Assembly: GCA_024679065.1 (NCBI GenBank)
Contig: JAGIQG010000031.1
Location: 2,356,001 to 2,420,000 of the forward strand
Origin: Sphyrna mokarran
Lineage: Eukaryota
Reading direction: 5' to 3'
Length of the DNA stretch: 64,000 nt
The translations under genes and the position numbers were made by a program. Under the pieces are notes generated by a model. That model made no database searches and was not told where the DNA came from. It saw only the letters and a list, made by a program, of their open reading frames with translations. This document shows, piece after piece, positions 47,456 to 61,447 of this stretch. Each line of letters starts with the position of its first letter. The first letter of the stretch is position 1.

Positions 47456-47490
<35 letters not shown>

Positions 47491-47536
47491 ATGTGTGTGT
47501 GTGTGTATGTATATGTTTGGGAGAGAGGGAATTATT

Positions 47537-47568
<32 letters not shown>

Positions 47569-47632
47569 GTATTTAAAGCGATAGATAGACAGAGAGACAG
47601 AGAGACAGAGAGACAGACAGATAGAGAGAGAT
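47420..47632. repeat. Compound microsatellite (GT)n/(GTCT)n/(CA)n/(GA)n
   Basis: Directly visible. A (TA)n run also lies at 44940-44967. Confidence 0.95.
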
Positions 47633-49139
47633 GGCGCACTTTGTAAGCTAATCACATTGTTTTAACCTATGATGGGAAATTTAAAACAACTTCTACACGT
47701 GAAGGCTATGCCATTCAGCTCCTTACGAGAATATATAGCAGATTGGTAATTAACTTTGTTTTTTTTTACTCTTCAACAATTGTCTTCTGTCACGGTGTCA
47801 GGCAGTCACACACTTGTCGGGTAGTGTCAAAGTAGCAATGGGCCGCTCCCCAGCGAACCTGCTGCTATGAGAATGGACATTGGCGGCAATTCCGGGAGAA
47901 AAAAATCTGAACCTCAGAATACTGGGGCAAAAGTGGCGGACATGCAACAGCTGAGAAAATAAAAACAGAATGTTTTGACCCAGTAACAGTGTATGATTTT
48001 TTTGTTTGACAAAACATGTTTGACATTTTTCCATAGCTGCAACGCTGATCTTACAGCTTTTATCTTCATAGGGGATTTTGGACTCATTTTAGCTGATGCT
48101 GATCTGAATTCTGGTGTTTGACAGGACAAATTAAGAAACGAATGTCCAATTTGCATCATTTTGAAATATTGATTGAAGTGCATTGTTTAAAAGTGTGTGA
48201 ACAATTACCCAAAGAGAAAAGCAATAACTGAATCATCTTAAAATCTTTACCACCAGCAGTCCTATTTTATTTCACACTGTGTCTAAAGCAGATCAGTGCC
48301 ACTATTTATGCTTATGGCATGGAAGTTTTAAGAAGTATTCACTCTATAATAAAACTGATTCGAAGGTAAATTGGCAATACCATTTCATTCATTCCAACTA
48401 ATTACCTGTGACTGTAACATGATTAAATATAGGCGGAGAAGGCGATTGGGCCCTGAAAAACTACTCAAATGTTCAAAAAGTTCATCAGATTGTGCTTAGT
48501 CACACTTTCCTGCCTGCACCTCAAAACATTGAAACTAATGTCAACCAAATATTTTGTAGAGTTTCATTCTTCAACTTGTTATACTACAAAGACGCCACTG
48601 GATTTCGGGAAAGAAAATTCGGAATATCATTCCCATGGAAGAGAATAAATCCAATGTTTTTTACGCCAGTAATGGAAAAAAAGATATTCTTTTGAGTCTG
48701 CAAACCCTAGTTTTCAATTCATTGCTTAGGGAGTCTATCCTTTCAGCATTAACCATGAGAACATTATTGGTTAAATGATGTATCATTTGGATTTAAAACC
48801 AGCATTACTTGCAAATATATTTATCCGCGTGCAATTTCAGTTAAAATCATTGTTCACACTGTTCACAAACAACAATGAAATTCTCTCACCCTCAGCACAA
48901 CCATTTTGTCTCTCGAAGTCCCTGCAATTATTCCTCTAATTTGATTAGGTGATGGTTTAGTGTTATTACCAGAAGCTCAGCAAATGTTCTGATGATCCAG
49001 GTTCGAATTCTGCCATGATAGATGGTGTAGTTTTAATGCAATAAGGATACGTATGTGGAATTTTGAATCTACTGATTGTGATCAAACCATTGCCATTTTC
49101 GGAAAAGGTTTACTGATGTCCTTTTGGGAAGCGAAGATG

Positions 49140-51020
49140 TGATATGATTTGATTTATTATTGTCACATGTATTAGCATAGAGTGAAATATATTTATTCTT
49201 GCACGCTATAAGGCAAAGCATACCGTTCATAGAGAAGGAAACGAGAGAGTGCAGATTGTGGTGTTACAGTCATAGCAAGAGTGCATAGAAAGATCAATTT
49301 AATGAAAGGTAGGTTCATTCAAATATCTTGATGGCAGCAAGGAAGAAGTTGTTCTTGAGTCGGTTGACACGTAACCTGATGAAGTACATGGAAGAGAAAA
49401 TGCCCAGGGCGCGTGGACCCTGAGGCAACGGAAGTGTAAATAGAATTAATGCATTGGAGGTTGTTTTGTGAGATGGATTGAGCTATATTCACCTTTCGTA
49501 TTTTCTCTCTGTCTTGGGCAGAGGAGGAGCCATACAAAGCTGTGATACAATCAGAAATAGTGCTTTCTGTGGTGCATCTAGAAAAGTTGATGAGAATCAC
49601 TGCTGAAATACCAAATTCCCTTAGTCTTCTGAGAAAGTAAAGGCATTAGTGAGCTTTCTTAACTATAATGTGGGCATGGGCGGAGGTGGGGGGGTGGGTG
49701 GCGTGCAGGAATGGTTGCTTGTGATCTGGACACCTAAAAACATGAAGCTCTCAACCTTTTTATGTCCTTCCCATTGATGTAACAGGGACACTTCCTCCAC
49801 TACAGTTCCTAAAGTCAATGAAAGGCTATTTCATTTTGTTATCATTGAGGGGGAGACTATTGCAACCGTACCAGTTCGCAGATTCTCGATTTCATTCTTG
49901 AATTCCGCCTCATCATTGCTTCAGTGATGCTGTGAGCAAACTTGAAAATTGAGTTGAAAGAGATTTTGTCCACATAGCGATCAGTGTATACAGAGTATAA
50001 TAAAGGCTGAGAACGCAGCCTTGTAGGACACTGGTTTTGAGGATCTTCGTGGAAAAGTTACTGTTGCCTATTCTTACTGTGCCTATTCTTACTGTGAATT
50101 AGGATGCTCAGAATCCAATCGAGGAGGAAAAAAAAACTGAAGCCCAGGCCATGGATCTTGAAGAGGAGTTTCACAGGGATAAACACTGTTTCAGACTGAG
50201 CTGCTGTCAATAAACAGGAGTCTGACAGATATGTAGAGGAAATCCCTAATTCAGAATAACTCAGGCAGGGACTTGCAGAGTCAAGCTTCATGGAGAGTTT
50301 ATTTTTCGTGATATCACGGAGAGTCCACTCCAGTCAACACCGAGACTGAACTCTGATTTTTTGAGCAAACCCGCGCTATATTTATACAGTGAAACAAACA
50401 AGTTTTCGTACCTATTACAATACACCCTACTATTCTCATTATCTCAGCAAACTCCTTAATCATTGTCCCGTAAATTAGTTATACATGCCCAGGACTTAGC
50501 TTATGTGTCCTTGGTCTTACAACATCTTATATTTCTACTTCTAATGATTTACTATGGTTGTGCTTAGAAGAATGATAGTTTATTTTCGTATCTCTTTAAG
50601 GCCATGAGGCTTGCTATCTGGGCTGGAGACCTTGGGCGTCTGCTAACCTCATGTTTTTCTTTTCTGCAGGCTTCAGCGTTTACTAGTCTCATGATTTTCT
50701 TTTCTGTATTTTTTAGCATCTGCAGGTCTCAGCTTTTAACCCCTTAGGTTACAACAACAAACTTAATTTCTTCCACAAGTTACAACAACAAACTTAATTT
50801 ATTCCACACGATGTGTCTTTGTTACGCAGGTGCTCAATAATGGAGTGCAGGTCCAGGATGGTGCCATCTGCTGTGGAACTATCGCAATGGTACGTAAACT
50901 GTAGTTGATACAGGCAGCCCTAGAGGCTGGAAGTGATACGTGCCATGACTAACTCTTCAATGATCTTTATAATGATAGATTGAATCTCAGAGCCACTGGA
51001 TGATAGTCATAAAGGCACTG
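49140..51020 (-). mobile_element. Rex1/Babar-type LINE fragment inserted in a Deu-type SINE (about 48950-49140 and 51035-51170)
   Basis: ORF INFSRCTTESTISDCITALYG; (TTGAT)n tail on the + strand. Confidence 0.75.
50232..50808 (-). mobile_element. Probable solo LTR (ERV/Gypsy-like), 577 bp
   Basis: TG...CA ends with an imperfect inverted repeat, - strand TATAAATA (about 50379-50386) followed by AATAAA (about 50298-50303), interrupting the Rex1 sequence. Confidence 0.6.
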
Positions 51021-53756
51021 TGCCATTGTTACGCTGTCCTTAACTGGCCTGGCCTACATGTTACTCTGGAGTCAATGTGGTTGACTTTCAGCTGCCCTCC
51101 AAGGCCAGAGAGGGTTGGGGGAGAAGTTCCGGCGAGCCACTGATGCCCACACACCCTACAAATGAATAAAGGAAACTATTGAACTGGCAATAAGAATGGA
51201 AGGAACAATGATGATTATTGCATGACGTTACACATTAAGAAAATAATTCAGTATATTTCTTGAAAGGCGCAAAGTTAATTTCAGTGGTTAACCAACAAAA
51301 TTAGATGTTTCAGGTGCAACTGCTCCCTGAACTGGACATTGCTCAGAGAGGCAAGGGCTTGGAGGGGTGCGGGGATGGTTTGAGGAAATCGGAGTGGGTT
51401 GGTTGCATTACAGGATGACAGTTAGATAGATAATTTCCCACTGCGAGTTTGTGGATACATTTTGCGCTCTCCATGGCATTCTCATGTAATGGATCTCAAA
51501 TACAAAATGCAATTATGCAGCCTTTTGCAATCTGTCACATGGTTCATGTTAACTCAAAGGATTTTCTGAAAAAATGGGAAGTGCGGCTTACATCTCAATT
51601 CAAGTCGCCACAAGGTTAAAAAAAAACTAAGAAAAGGAGGAGGCCACTCAGCCCTGTGAATCTGCTGCAACATTCAGCCGATCATTATATTAACAAATAT
51701 AACTGATTTTGTTCCATAAATCTTCATCCTCTAACCTAACCTAAACTCAATTATCCACATTATTGCCCCGAACACTGACAACATTCCATTATTGTTGTCA
51801 CTCCGAACTGATCCATGAACAATCTCCTCCCGACCCCTCCTAACTTCACATTATCTGATACGCATTCTACTCATTCTCGCTGTGTACCCAGCACTTCATT
51901 TGCTTCTGAAAATGACAGAGACATTGAATCTCACATGCTTGCTGACAGTAAGTGCCATCAGCACTGAGATAGCAATCTAATGTTTGCAATACACCATTAT
52001 AACAAGCGCATTCGCGTGAAAGACATGAAACAAATTTTTCTTTCACTGATTAATGGATGTGGGCTTCACTTGATAGACCACCATTCACTGCCCAGCGCTA
52101 ATTGCCTTTGAGCAGTATGAGATTGAAGGAGGGAATCACTATTGATGGAAGTGAAAAGCGAATTCATATTTTATCCATCAATGCGAGCATAACTACTCAG
52201 CATTTCGAACTTTCAAACTAAGTGCTAGCGTGAAATGTCCAAATTTTCATGACAGGGATTTAACTCAGCCGTCGTAATCTGTTGCCTAATATTAAGAAGA
52301 AAATCAGGTGAACATAATTGCAACATTTCTGTCCCCAAGGAGACTCCTCAACATATAAATTGAAGGTCGCGCGAATGTATTGTGTTACAAGCTAATATGG
52401 GACAGATCATTGCAGAAAAAAATATGTCTGAATCATTTCGCGGTATTGCGAAGATAGTCTACATTAACACTGTCATTATTGGTGTGCCTGGTAAGTGTCT
52501 ATAACCAGTGGGACTCTGAGTGATAGCGTGTGCTTTTGTCTGGCACTTTTATCCAACGGGGATCATTGTGGAGGGAGCAAAACTGTTGATTCAATTGTGC
52601 TGAAATATTTCATAGAATTATTACGTTGTCTCCACTGTTAACTAAAGTCTCACAACTTATAGAACATAGAACATTACAGCACAGAACAGGCCCTTCGGCC
52701 TTCGATGTTGCGCCGACCAATATAAAAAGCAATGCCCCTCCATACTAAACCATTCCCTTCTCTTCCATATACTTATCAACTAACCTCTTAAACGCCACCA
52801 AACTTGGCGCATCTACAACTGCTGCAGGCAGGGCATTCCACTCCCGAACCACCCTTTGGGTAAAGAACCTACCTCTGATATCCGTCCTATAACTATCACC
52901 CCTTAATTTAAAGCTGTGTCCCTTCGTGCTAGCTTTCTCCATCCTAGGAAAAAGGCTATCACTGTCCACCCTATCTAAACCTCTAATCATCTTATATGTT
53001 TCGATTAGGTCCCCTCTTAGCCGCCTCCTTTCTAACGAAAACAACCTCAAATCCCTCAGCCTCTCTTCATAAGACCTGCCCTCCGTACCAGGCAACATCC
53101 TGGTAAACCTCCTCTGTACCCTCTCCAATGCCTCCACATCTTTCTTATAATGCGGGGACCAGAACTGCACACAATACTCCAAGTGCGGCCGCACTAGAGT
53201 TTTGTACAGTTGCAACATGACGTTGCGGCTCCGAAATTCAATCCCCCTACCAATAAAAGCTAAGACTCCATATGCCTTCTTAACAACCTTCTCGACTTGA
53301 CTGCCTACTTTCAGGGATCTATGCACATACACACCAAGATCCCTCTGTTCATCAAGACTACTAAGAATCCTACCATTACCCCCATACTCTACAGATTTAT
53401 TATTTCTGCCATAGTGCATTACGTCACACTTTTCCACATTAAACTCCAATTGCCACCTCTCGGCCCAGCTCTGCAACTTGTCCAAGTCCCTCTGCAAACT
53501 ATAACACCCCTCTTCACGATGTACCACTCCACCGACTTTAGTGTCATCTGCAAATTTACTAATCCATCCTTCAATACCCTCATCCAGATCATTTATAAAA
53601 ATTACAAACGGCAGGGGCCCCAAAACAGACCCCTGAGGTACACCACTTGTCACCGAACTCCACGATGAATATCTCCCATCAACCACCACCCTCTGTCTTC
53701 TATCTGTTAGCTAATTCCTAACCCAATTAACTAAAACCCCCTCTATCCCATACATC

Positions 53757-56700
53757 CGGGTTTTTAGGATTCTTAAGGGTGAGGGGAGTCAGCCCCAAGT
53801 CATTGTTCATGTGGGGACACATGATGTAGGTAGGACAAGGGAAGGGGATATTAAACAGAAATTCATGGAGTTAGGGTGGAAGCTTAGGTCCATAACAGGC
53901 AGAGTGGTTATCTCTGGACTCTTGCCTGTGCCAAGGGATAGTTTAGAGATGAACAGAGAAAGGGATAGTTTGAACTCATGGCTGCGTGGATGGTGCAGGA
54001 GGGAGGGGTTCAGGTTCCTTAACAATTGGGACTCATTCTGGGATAGGTGGGACCTCTTCAAGAGAGATGGTCTACACCTGAACCAGAGGGGGACTAATAT
54101 CTTGGGGGGAAAATTTGCTAAGGCTATGATGGGGGCGTTAAACTGATTCGGGGGGGGGGTGGGATCCTAAGTAGTTGGGGTGCTGAGAGGGATGAGAGTA
54201 AGGGGGTTATAGAGGAGAGTTGTAAAACACAGCGGCGTACGGGTGGGGTGGAGCATGGTTTGAGATGCGTATACTTTAATGCAAGGAGTATTCGCAATAA
54301 GGGGGAGGAACTTGCAGCTTGGACCAGTACCTGGAACTTCGATGTTGTGGCCATTTCAGAGACTTGGGTAGAGCAGGGACAGGAATGGATGTTGCAGGTT
54401 CCGGGGTACAAATGCTTTAGTCGGAGTAGAGAAGGGGGTAGAAGGGGGGGAGGAGTGGCGTTACTGGTCAAAGACTGTATCACGGTGATCGAAAAGAAGT
54501 TTGATGAGGACTTGTCTGTTGAGGTAGTATGGGCTGAGATTAGAAACAGGAGAGGAGAGGTCACCCTGTTGGGAGTCTTTTACAGACCTCCTAATAGTTC
54601 TAGAGAGGTTGAGGAAAGGATTGCGAAGTCAATTCTGATTAGGAGTGAAAGTAGTAGGGTAATTGTGATGGGGGACTTTAACTTTGCTAATATTGATTGG
54701 AATAGCTATAGCTCTAGCTCGTTAGAGGGGTCAGTTTTCGTACAGAGTGTGCAGGAAGGTTTTTTGACTCAGTATGTAGATAGGCCAACTAGAGGTGAGG
54801 CTACATTGGATTTGGTGCTGGGCAATGAGCCAGACCAGGTGTTAGGCTTGGAAGTTAGTGAACATTTTGGTGATAGTGACCACAATTCGGTTACGTTCAC
54901 CTTAGTGATGGACAGGGATAGGCATGAAGCTGGGGGCTGTAGTTATAGCTGGGGGAAGGGTAATTATGAGGCCATCAGGAGAGAATTAGGGTGCGTAGAT
55001 TGGACTAGGGAACTACAGGGACTGGGAACATCTGGAATGTGGTGCTTATTCAAGGAGCAGCTGCTGAGAGTCCTTGATAAGTATGTCCCTGTCAGGCAGG
55101 GAGGAAATGGACGAGTAAGAGAGCCTTGGTGTACGAAAAGAGTTGATTTGCTGGTTAAGAAGAAAAAGGAGGCTTATGTCAGGATGAGGCTTGAAGGCTC
55201 AGGTAGTGCAATGGATAGCTATAGATTAGCTAGGAAGGAGGTAAAAAGTGAATTGAGGAGAGCTAAGAGGGGACACGAGAAGATGTTGGCTGATAGGATT
55301 AAGGAGAATCCTAAAGCTTTCTTTCGATATGTTAAGAATAGAAGATTGGTTAGGGCAAGATTAGGGCCAGTCATAGACAGCAGTGGGAAGTTGTGCGTGG
55401 AGCCTGAAGAGATTGGCAGGCACTGAATAAATATTTCTCTTCGGTATTCACGCAGAGTGCTGGAAATGTAGCTGTGGAGAGCACTGAGGTACAGGGTTGC
55501 AAATTGGGGAGTATTGTAGTAGATAGGGAGGATGTGTTAGAAATTCTCGAGGGTTTGAAGTTGGATAAGTCCCCTGGGCCGGACGGGATTTACCCTAGGA
55601 TTCTCTGGGAGGCAAGAGAGGAGATTGCAGAGCCTCTGGCTCTGATCTTCAGGTCCTCGTTGGTTACGGGTGTGGTTCCGGAGGACTGGAGGATGGCGAA
55701 TGTGGTCCCATTGTTTAAGAAGGGGAAGAGAGACCTTCCTGGGAATTATAGGCCAGTGAGTCTTACTTCTGTGGTGGGCAAGGTATTGGAGAGAATTATT
55801 AGGGATAGGATTTATAGTTATTTAGAGAGAAATGAATTGATTGGGGATAGTCAGCATGGTTTCGTGAAGGGTAGGTCATGCCTTACTAACCTCATTGAGT
55901 TTTTTGAGAAAGTGACCAGAGAGGTGGATGGGGGTAAGGCGGTTGATGTAGTATATATGGACTTTAGTAAGGCTTTTGATAAGGTGGCCCATGGAAGACT
56001 TCTACAGAAAAATGCAGATGTGTGGAATAGAGGGTGATTTAGCTAATTGGATTAGAAATTGGCTGGCAGATAGAAGACAGAGGGTGGTGGTTGATGGGAG
56101 ATATTCATCGTGGAGTTCGGTGACGAGTGGTGTGCCTCAGGGGTCTGTTTTGGGGCCCCTGCTGTTTGTAATTTTTATAAATGATCTGGATGAGGGTATT
56201 GAGGGATGGATCAGTAAATTTGCAGATGATACTAAAGTTGGTGGTGTGGTAGATAGTGAAGAGGGGTGTTTTAGTTTACAGAGTGACTTGGACAAGTTGC
56301 AGAGCTGGGCCGAGAGGTGGCAAATGGAGTTTAATGTGGAAAAGTGTGAGGTAATGCACTTTGGCAGGAACAATAAATGTGTAGAGTATAGGGCTAATGG
56401 TAGGGCTCTTAATAGTGTTGAGGAACAGAAGGATCTTGGTGTATGTGTCAATAGATCCCTGAAAGTAGGCAGTCAAGTGGATAAAGTTGTTAAGAAGGCT
56501 TATGGAGTCTTAGCTTTTATTGGTAGGGGGATTGAATTTAGGAGCCGCAGCATCATGTTGCAGCTGTACAAAACTCTAGTGCGGCCGCACTTGGAGTATT
56601 GTGTGCAGTTCTGGTCGCCACATTATAAGAAAGATGTGGAGGCATTGGAGAGGGTACAGAGGAGGTTTACAGGATGTTGCCTGGTATGGAGGGCAGGTCC

Positions 56701-57114
56701 TATGAAGAGAGGTTGAAGGATTTGAGGTTGTTTTCGTTAGAAAGGAGGCGGCTAAGGGGATCTTATTGAAACATATAAGATAATTAGAGGTTTGGATAGG
56801 GTGGACAGTGATAGCCTTTTTCCTAGGATGGAGAAAGCTAGCACGAGGGGACACACTTTAAATTAAGGGGTATGAGTTATAGGACGGATATCAGAGGTAG
56901 GTTCTTTACTCAAAGAGTGATTAGGGAGTGGAATGCCCTGCCTGCAGCTGTTGTAGATGCGCCAAGTTTGGTGGCGTTTAAGAGGTTAGTTGATAAGTAT
57001 ATGGAGAGAAGGGAATGGTTTAGTTAGGAGGGGCATTGCTTTTTATTTTGGTCGGCACAACATCGAAGGCCGAAGGGCCTGTTCTGTGCTGTATTGTTCT
57101 ATGTTCTATGTTCT
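53757..57114 (+). mobile_element. Young 5'-truncated CR1 (ORF1 C-term plus whole ORF2 with a few frameshifts)
   Basis: ORFs 53811-54146, 54248-55426, 55474-56037, 55976-56716 and tail. Confidence 0.95.
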
Positions 57115-58018
57115 ACCTGTATTTTCTGCAGATGTCTTCCATGGGCCACCTTATCAAACGCCTTACTAAAGTCCATATATACCACATCAACCACCTTACC
57201 CCCATCCACCTCTTTAGTCAGTTTTTCAAAAAACTCAATGACGTTAGTAAGGCACGACCTACCGTTCACAAAACCATGCTGACTATCCCCAATCAATTCA
57301 ATTCTCTCTAAATAACTATAAATCCTATCCCTAATTATTCTCTCCAATACTTTGCCCACAACAGAAGTAAGACTCACTGGCCTATAATTCCCTGGAAGGT
57401 CTCTCTTCCCCTTCTTGAACAACGGGACCACATTCGCTATCCTCTAGTCCTCCGGAACCACACCCGTAACAAACGACGACCTAAATATCAGAGCCAGAGG
57501 CCCTGCAATCTCCACTCTTGCCTCCCAGAGAATCCTAGGGTAAATCCCGTCCGACCCAGGGGACTTATCCAACTTCAAACCCTCGAGAATATCTAGCACA
57601 TCCTCCCTATCTACTTCAACAATTTCCAGTTTGCTACCCTGTACCTCAGTGTTCTCCATAACTACATTTACATCACCCTGCGTAAATACCGAAGAGAAAT
57701 ATTTATTCAGTACCTCTCCAATCTCTTCAGGCTCCACGCACAACTTCCCACTGCTGTCTATGACTGGCCCTAATCTTGTCCTAACCAATCTTCTATTCTT
57801 AACATATCTAAAGAAAGCTTTAGTATTCTCCTTAATCCTATCAGCCAAAGTCTTCTCGTGTCCTCTCTTAGCTCTCCTCAATTCATTCTTTAGCTCCCTC
57901 CTGGCAAATCTATAGCTATCCATTGCACTAACCGAGCCTTCAAGCCTCATCGTGAAATAAGCCTCCTTTTTCCTTTTAACCAGCAAATCAAGTTTTTCCG
58001 TACACCGAGGTTCTCTTA

Positions 58019-59004
58019 TAGAACATAGAACATAGAACATTACAGCACAGAACAGGCCCTTCGGCCTTCGATGTTGTGCCGACCAAAATAAAAAGCAATG
58101 CCCCCCCAAACTAAACAATTCCCTTCTCTTCCATATACTTATCAATTAACCTCTTAAACGCCACCAAACTTGGCGCATCTACAACAGCTGCAGGCAGGGC
58201 ATTCCACTCCCTAATCACTCTTTGAGTAAAGAACCTACCTCTGATATCCGTCCTATAACTCATACCCCTTAATTTAAAGCTGTGTCCCCTCGTGCTAGCT
58301 TTCTCCATCCTAGGAAAAAGGCTATCACTGTCCACCCTATCTAAACCTCTAATCATCTTATATGCTTCAATAAGATCCCCTCTTAGCCGCCTCCTTTCTA
58401 ACGAAAACAACCTCAAATCCTTCAACCTCTCTTCATAGGACCTGCCCTCCATACCAGGCAACATCCTGGTAAACCTCCTCTGTACCCTCTCCAATGCCTC
58501 CACATCTTTCTTATAATGTGGGGACCAGAACTGCACACAATACTCCAAGTGCGGCCGCACTAGAGTTTTGTACAGTTGCAACATGATGCTGCGGCTCCTA
58601 AATTCAATCCCCCTACCAATAAAAGCTAAGACTCCATATGCTTCTTAACAACTTTATCCACTTGACTGCCTACTTTCAGGGATCTATGACACATACACCA
58701 AGATCCTTCTGTTCCTCAACACTATTAAGAGCCCTACCATTAGCCCTATACTCTACACATTTATTGTTCCTGCCAAAGTGCATTACCTCACACTTTTCCA
58801 CATTAAACTCCATTTGCCACCTCTCGGCCCAGCTCTGCAACTTGTCCAAGTCACTCTGTAAACTATAACACCCCTCTTCACTATCTACCACTCCACCGAC
58901 TTTAGTGTCATCTGCAAATTTACTGATCCATCCCTCAATACCCTCATCCAGATCATTTATAAAAATTACAAACAGCAGGGCCCCGAAACAGATCCCTGAG
59001 GCAC
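58019..59004 (-). mobile_element. Young nested CR1 3' fragment
   Basis: ORFs 58111-58584 and 58676-59041; tail at 58019-58040. Confidence 0.92.
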
Positions 59005-60106
59005 ACCTCAATATTAGTAAAGTTAAAGTCTCCCATAACAATTACCCTATTACTTTCACTCCTGACCAGAATTGACTTGGCAATCCTTTCCTCAACTTCT
59101 CTAGAACTTTTAGGAGGTCTATAAAAGACTCCCAACAGGGTGACCTCTCCTTTCCTGTTTCTAATCTCAGCCCATACTACCTCAACAGACAAGTCCTCAT
59201 CAAACTTCTTTTCTGTCACTGTGATACAGTCTTTGACTAATAATGCCACTCCTCCCCCACTTCTACCTCCTTCTCCACTCCGACTAAAGCATTTGAACCC
59301 CGGAACCTGCAACATCCATTCTTGTCCCTGCTTTACCCAAGTCTCTGAAATGGCCACAACATCGATGTTCCAGGTACTGGTCCAAGCTGCAAGTTCCTCC
59401 CCCTTATTGCGAATACTCCTTCCATTAAAGTATACGCACTTCAAACCATGCCCTACCCCACCCGTACGCTGCTGTGTTTTACAGCTTTCCTCTCTGACCC
59501 CCTTACTCTCATCCCTCTTATCACACCAACTACCTAGCATCCCACCCCCCCCCACCCCCGAATCAGTTTAAAGCCGCCTGCATAGCCTTAGCAAATTTTC
59601 CCCCCAAGATATTAGTTCCTCTCTGGTTCAGGTGTAGACCATCTCTTTTGTCGAAGTCCCACCTATCCCAGAATGAGTCCCAATTGTTCAGGAACCTGAA
59701 CCCCTCCCTCCTGCAACATCCCCACAGCCACGAGTTCAAACATTCCCTCTCTCTATGCTTCTCGAAACTATCCCTTGGCACAGGCAAGAGTCCAGAGATA
59801 ACCACTCTGCCAGTTTTGGCCCTAAGCTTCCACCCCAACTCCATAAATTTCTTTTTAATACCCTCTTCCCTCGTCCTTCCTATATCATGTGTCCGTACAT
59901 GAACTATGACTTGGGGTTGACTCCTCCTCTCCCTTAGGAATATTAAAAACCTGATCTGCGACATCCTGGACTCCAGCCCCTGGGAGGCTACACACCAGCC
60001 CTGAGTCACTTTTATTACTACTTACTCTCCTATCTGTCCCTCTAACTATGGAGTCTCCAATTACTAGGCCCAATCTCTTATTCCCCCTACCCACCTGAGC
60101 ATTCTC

Positions 60107-60730
60107 ATAGAACATAGATCATAGAACATTACAGCACAAAACAGGCCCTTCGGCCTTCGATGTTGCGCCGACCAATATAAAAAGCAATGCCCCTCCAAAC
60201 TAAACTATTCCCTTCTCTTCCATATACTTATCAACTAACCTCTTAAACGCCACCAAACTTGGCGCATCTACAACTGCTGCAGGCAGGGCATTCCACTCCC
60301 GAACCACCCTTTGGGTAAAGAACCTACCTCTGATATCCGTCCTATAACTATCACCCCTTAATTTAAAGCTGTGTCCCCTCGTGCTAGCTTTCTCCATCCT
60401 AGGAAAAAGGCTATCACTGTCCACCCTATCTAAACCTCTAATCATCTTATATGTTTCGATAAGGTCCCCTCTTAGCCGCCTCTTTCTAACGAAAACAACC
60501 TCAAATCCCTCAGCCTCTCTTCATAAGACCTGCCCTCCATACCAGGCAACATCCTGGTAAACCTCCTCTGTACCCTCTCCAATGCCTCCACATCTTTCTT
60601 ATAATGTGGGGACCAGAACTGCACACAATACTCCAAGTGCGGCCGCACTAGAGTTTTGTACAGTTGCAACATGACGGTGCGGCTCCGAAATGCAATCCCC
60701 CTACCAATAAAAGCCAAGACTCCATATGCC
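60107..60730 (-). mobile_element. Young nested CR1 3' fragment inserted in ORF1
   Basis: RT C-terminal ORF and tail, flanked by GAGAAGTCTCAGG / GAGAATGCTCAGG on the - strand. Confidence 0.9.
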
Positions 60731-61447
60731 TGAGACTTCTCAGCAGGCTCACCCCCTGAGACCTGCTCCCTTTGGTCATCCCCAGTTGATTCTTCCTCAA
60801 CTGTAGCCTCCAAGACAGAAAATTTGTTTTGGAGGGGAACAGCCCCAGGGGATTGTCTACCCGGTTGCTTCTTAACCCTCCTCCGAATAGTTACCCAAGA
60901 ATCACTTTTAGGAGTGACTGTCTCTTTGTCACTCCTGCCAATATCCTCCTCATCCTCTCGGATTATCCTGAGTTCCTCTAATTCCAGCTCCAGCTCCTTA
61001 ACACGATCCTCAAGGAGCTGCAATTGGGCACACTTCCTGCAGGTATAATCAGCAGGAACACTACTGGTGTCCCTCACCTCGTACATAGTACAGGAGTTGC
61101 AACGGACTGCCTGCACTGCCATCCCTGATACTTTAATTTACTTTAAGGAGAGAGAAAAAAAAAAACTTCCCACACACTTATTATTAGGTTAGAGGAGGGG
61201 GGAGGGTGGGATACTCTACCAGTGTAGAGTATCGGGTTTCCTCTCTGGACCAATTTATAGAGAGAGAAAACTACAACTACCGGCAGCCTCCTAATGACGA
61301 CTTCCGGTTTCTTGTTCGTTTAAATAAAAACGGCAGAAACTACCTCCGCTCGCTATTTTAAACAAAGAGAAAAGTTAAAAAAGTACTTAACACTCGAACT
61401 TCACGCTTTCCCAAATCGCTGCCTCTCCGTGCTGCTCCAAGGGAACA

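Larger units (their letters stand above)
52660..61447 (-). mobile_element. Full-length CR1 LINE (5'UTR, ORF1 zinc finger/coiled coil/esterase, ORF2 APE-RT, tail) split by three nested CR1 insertions
   Basis: Colinear pieces: 61447-60730 (5'UTR, ORF1 N-term), 60105-59005 (ORF1 SGNH esterase, APE), 58018-57115 and 53756-52660 (RT, tail). Confidence 0.9.
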
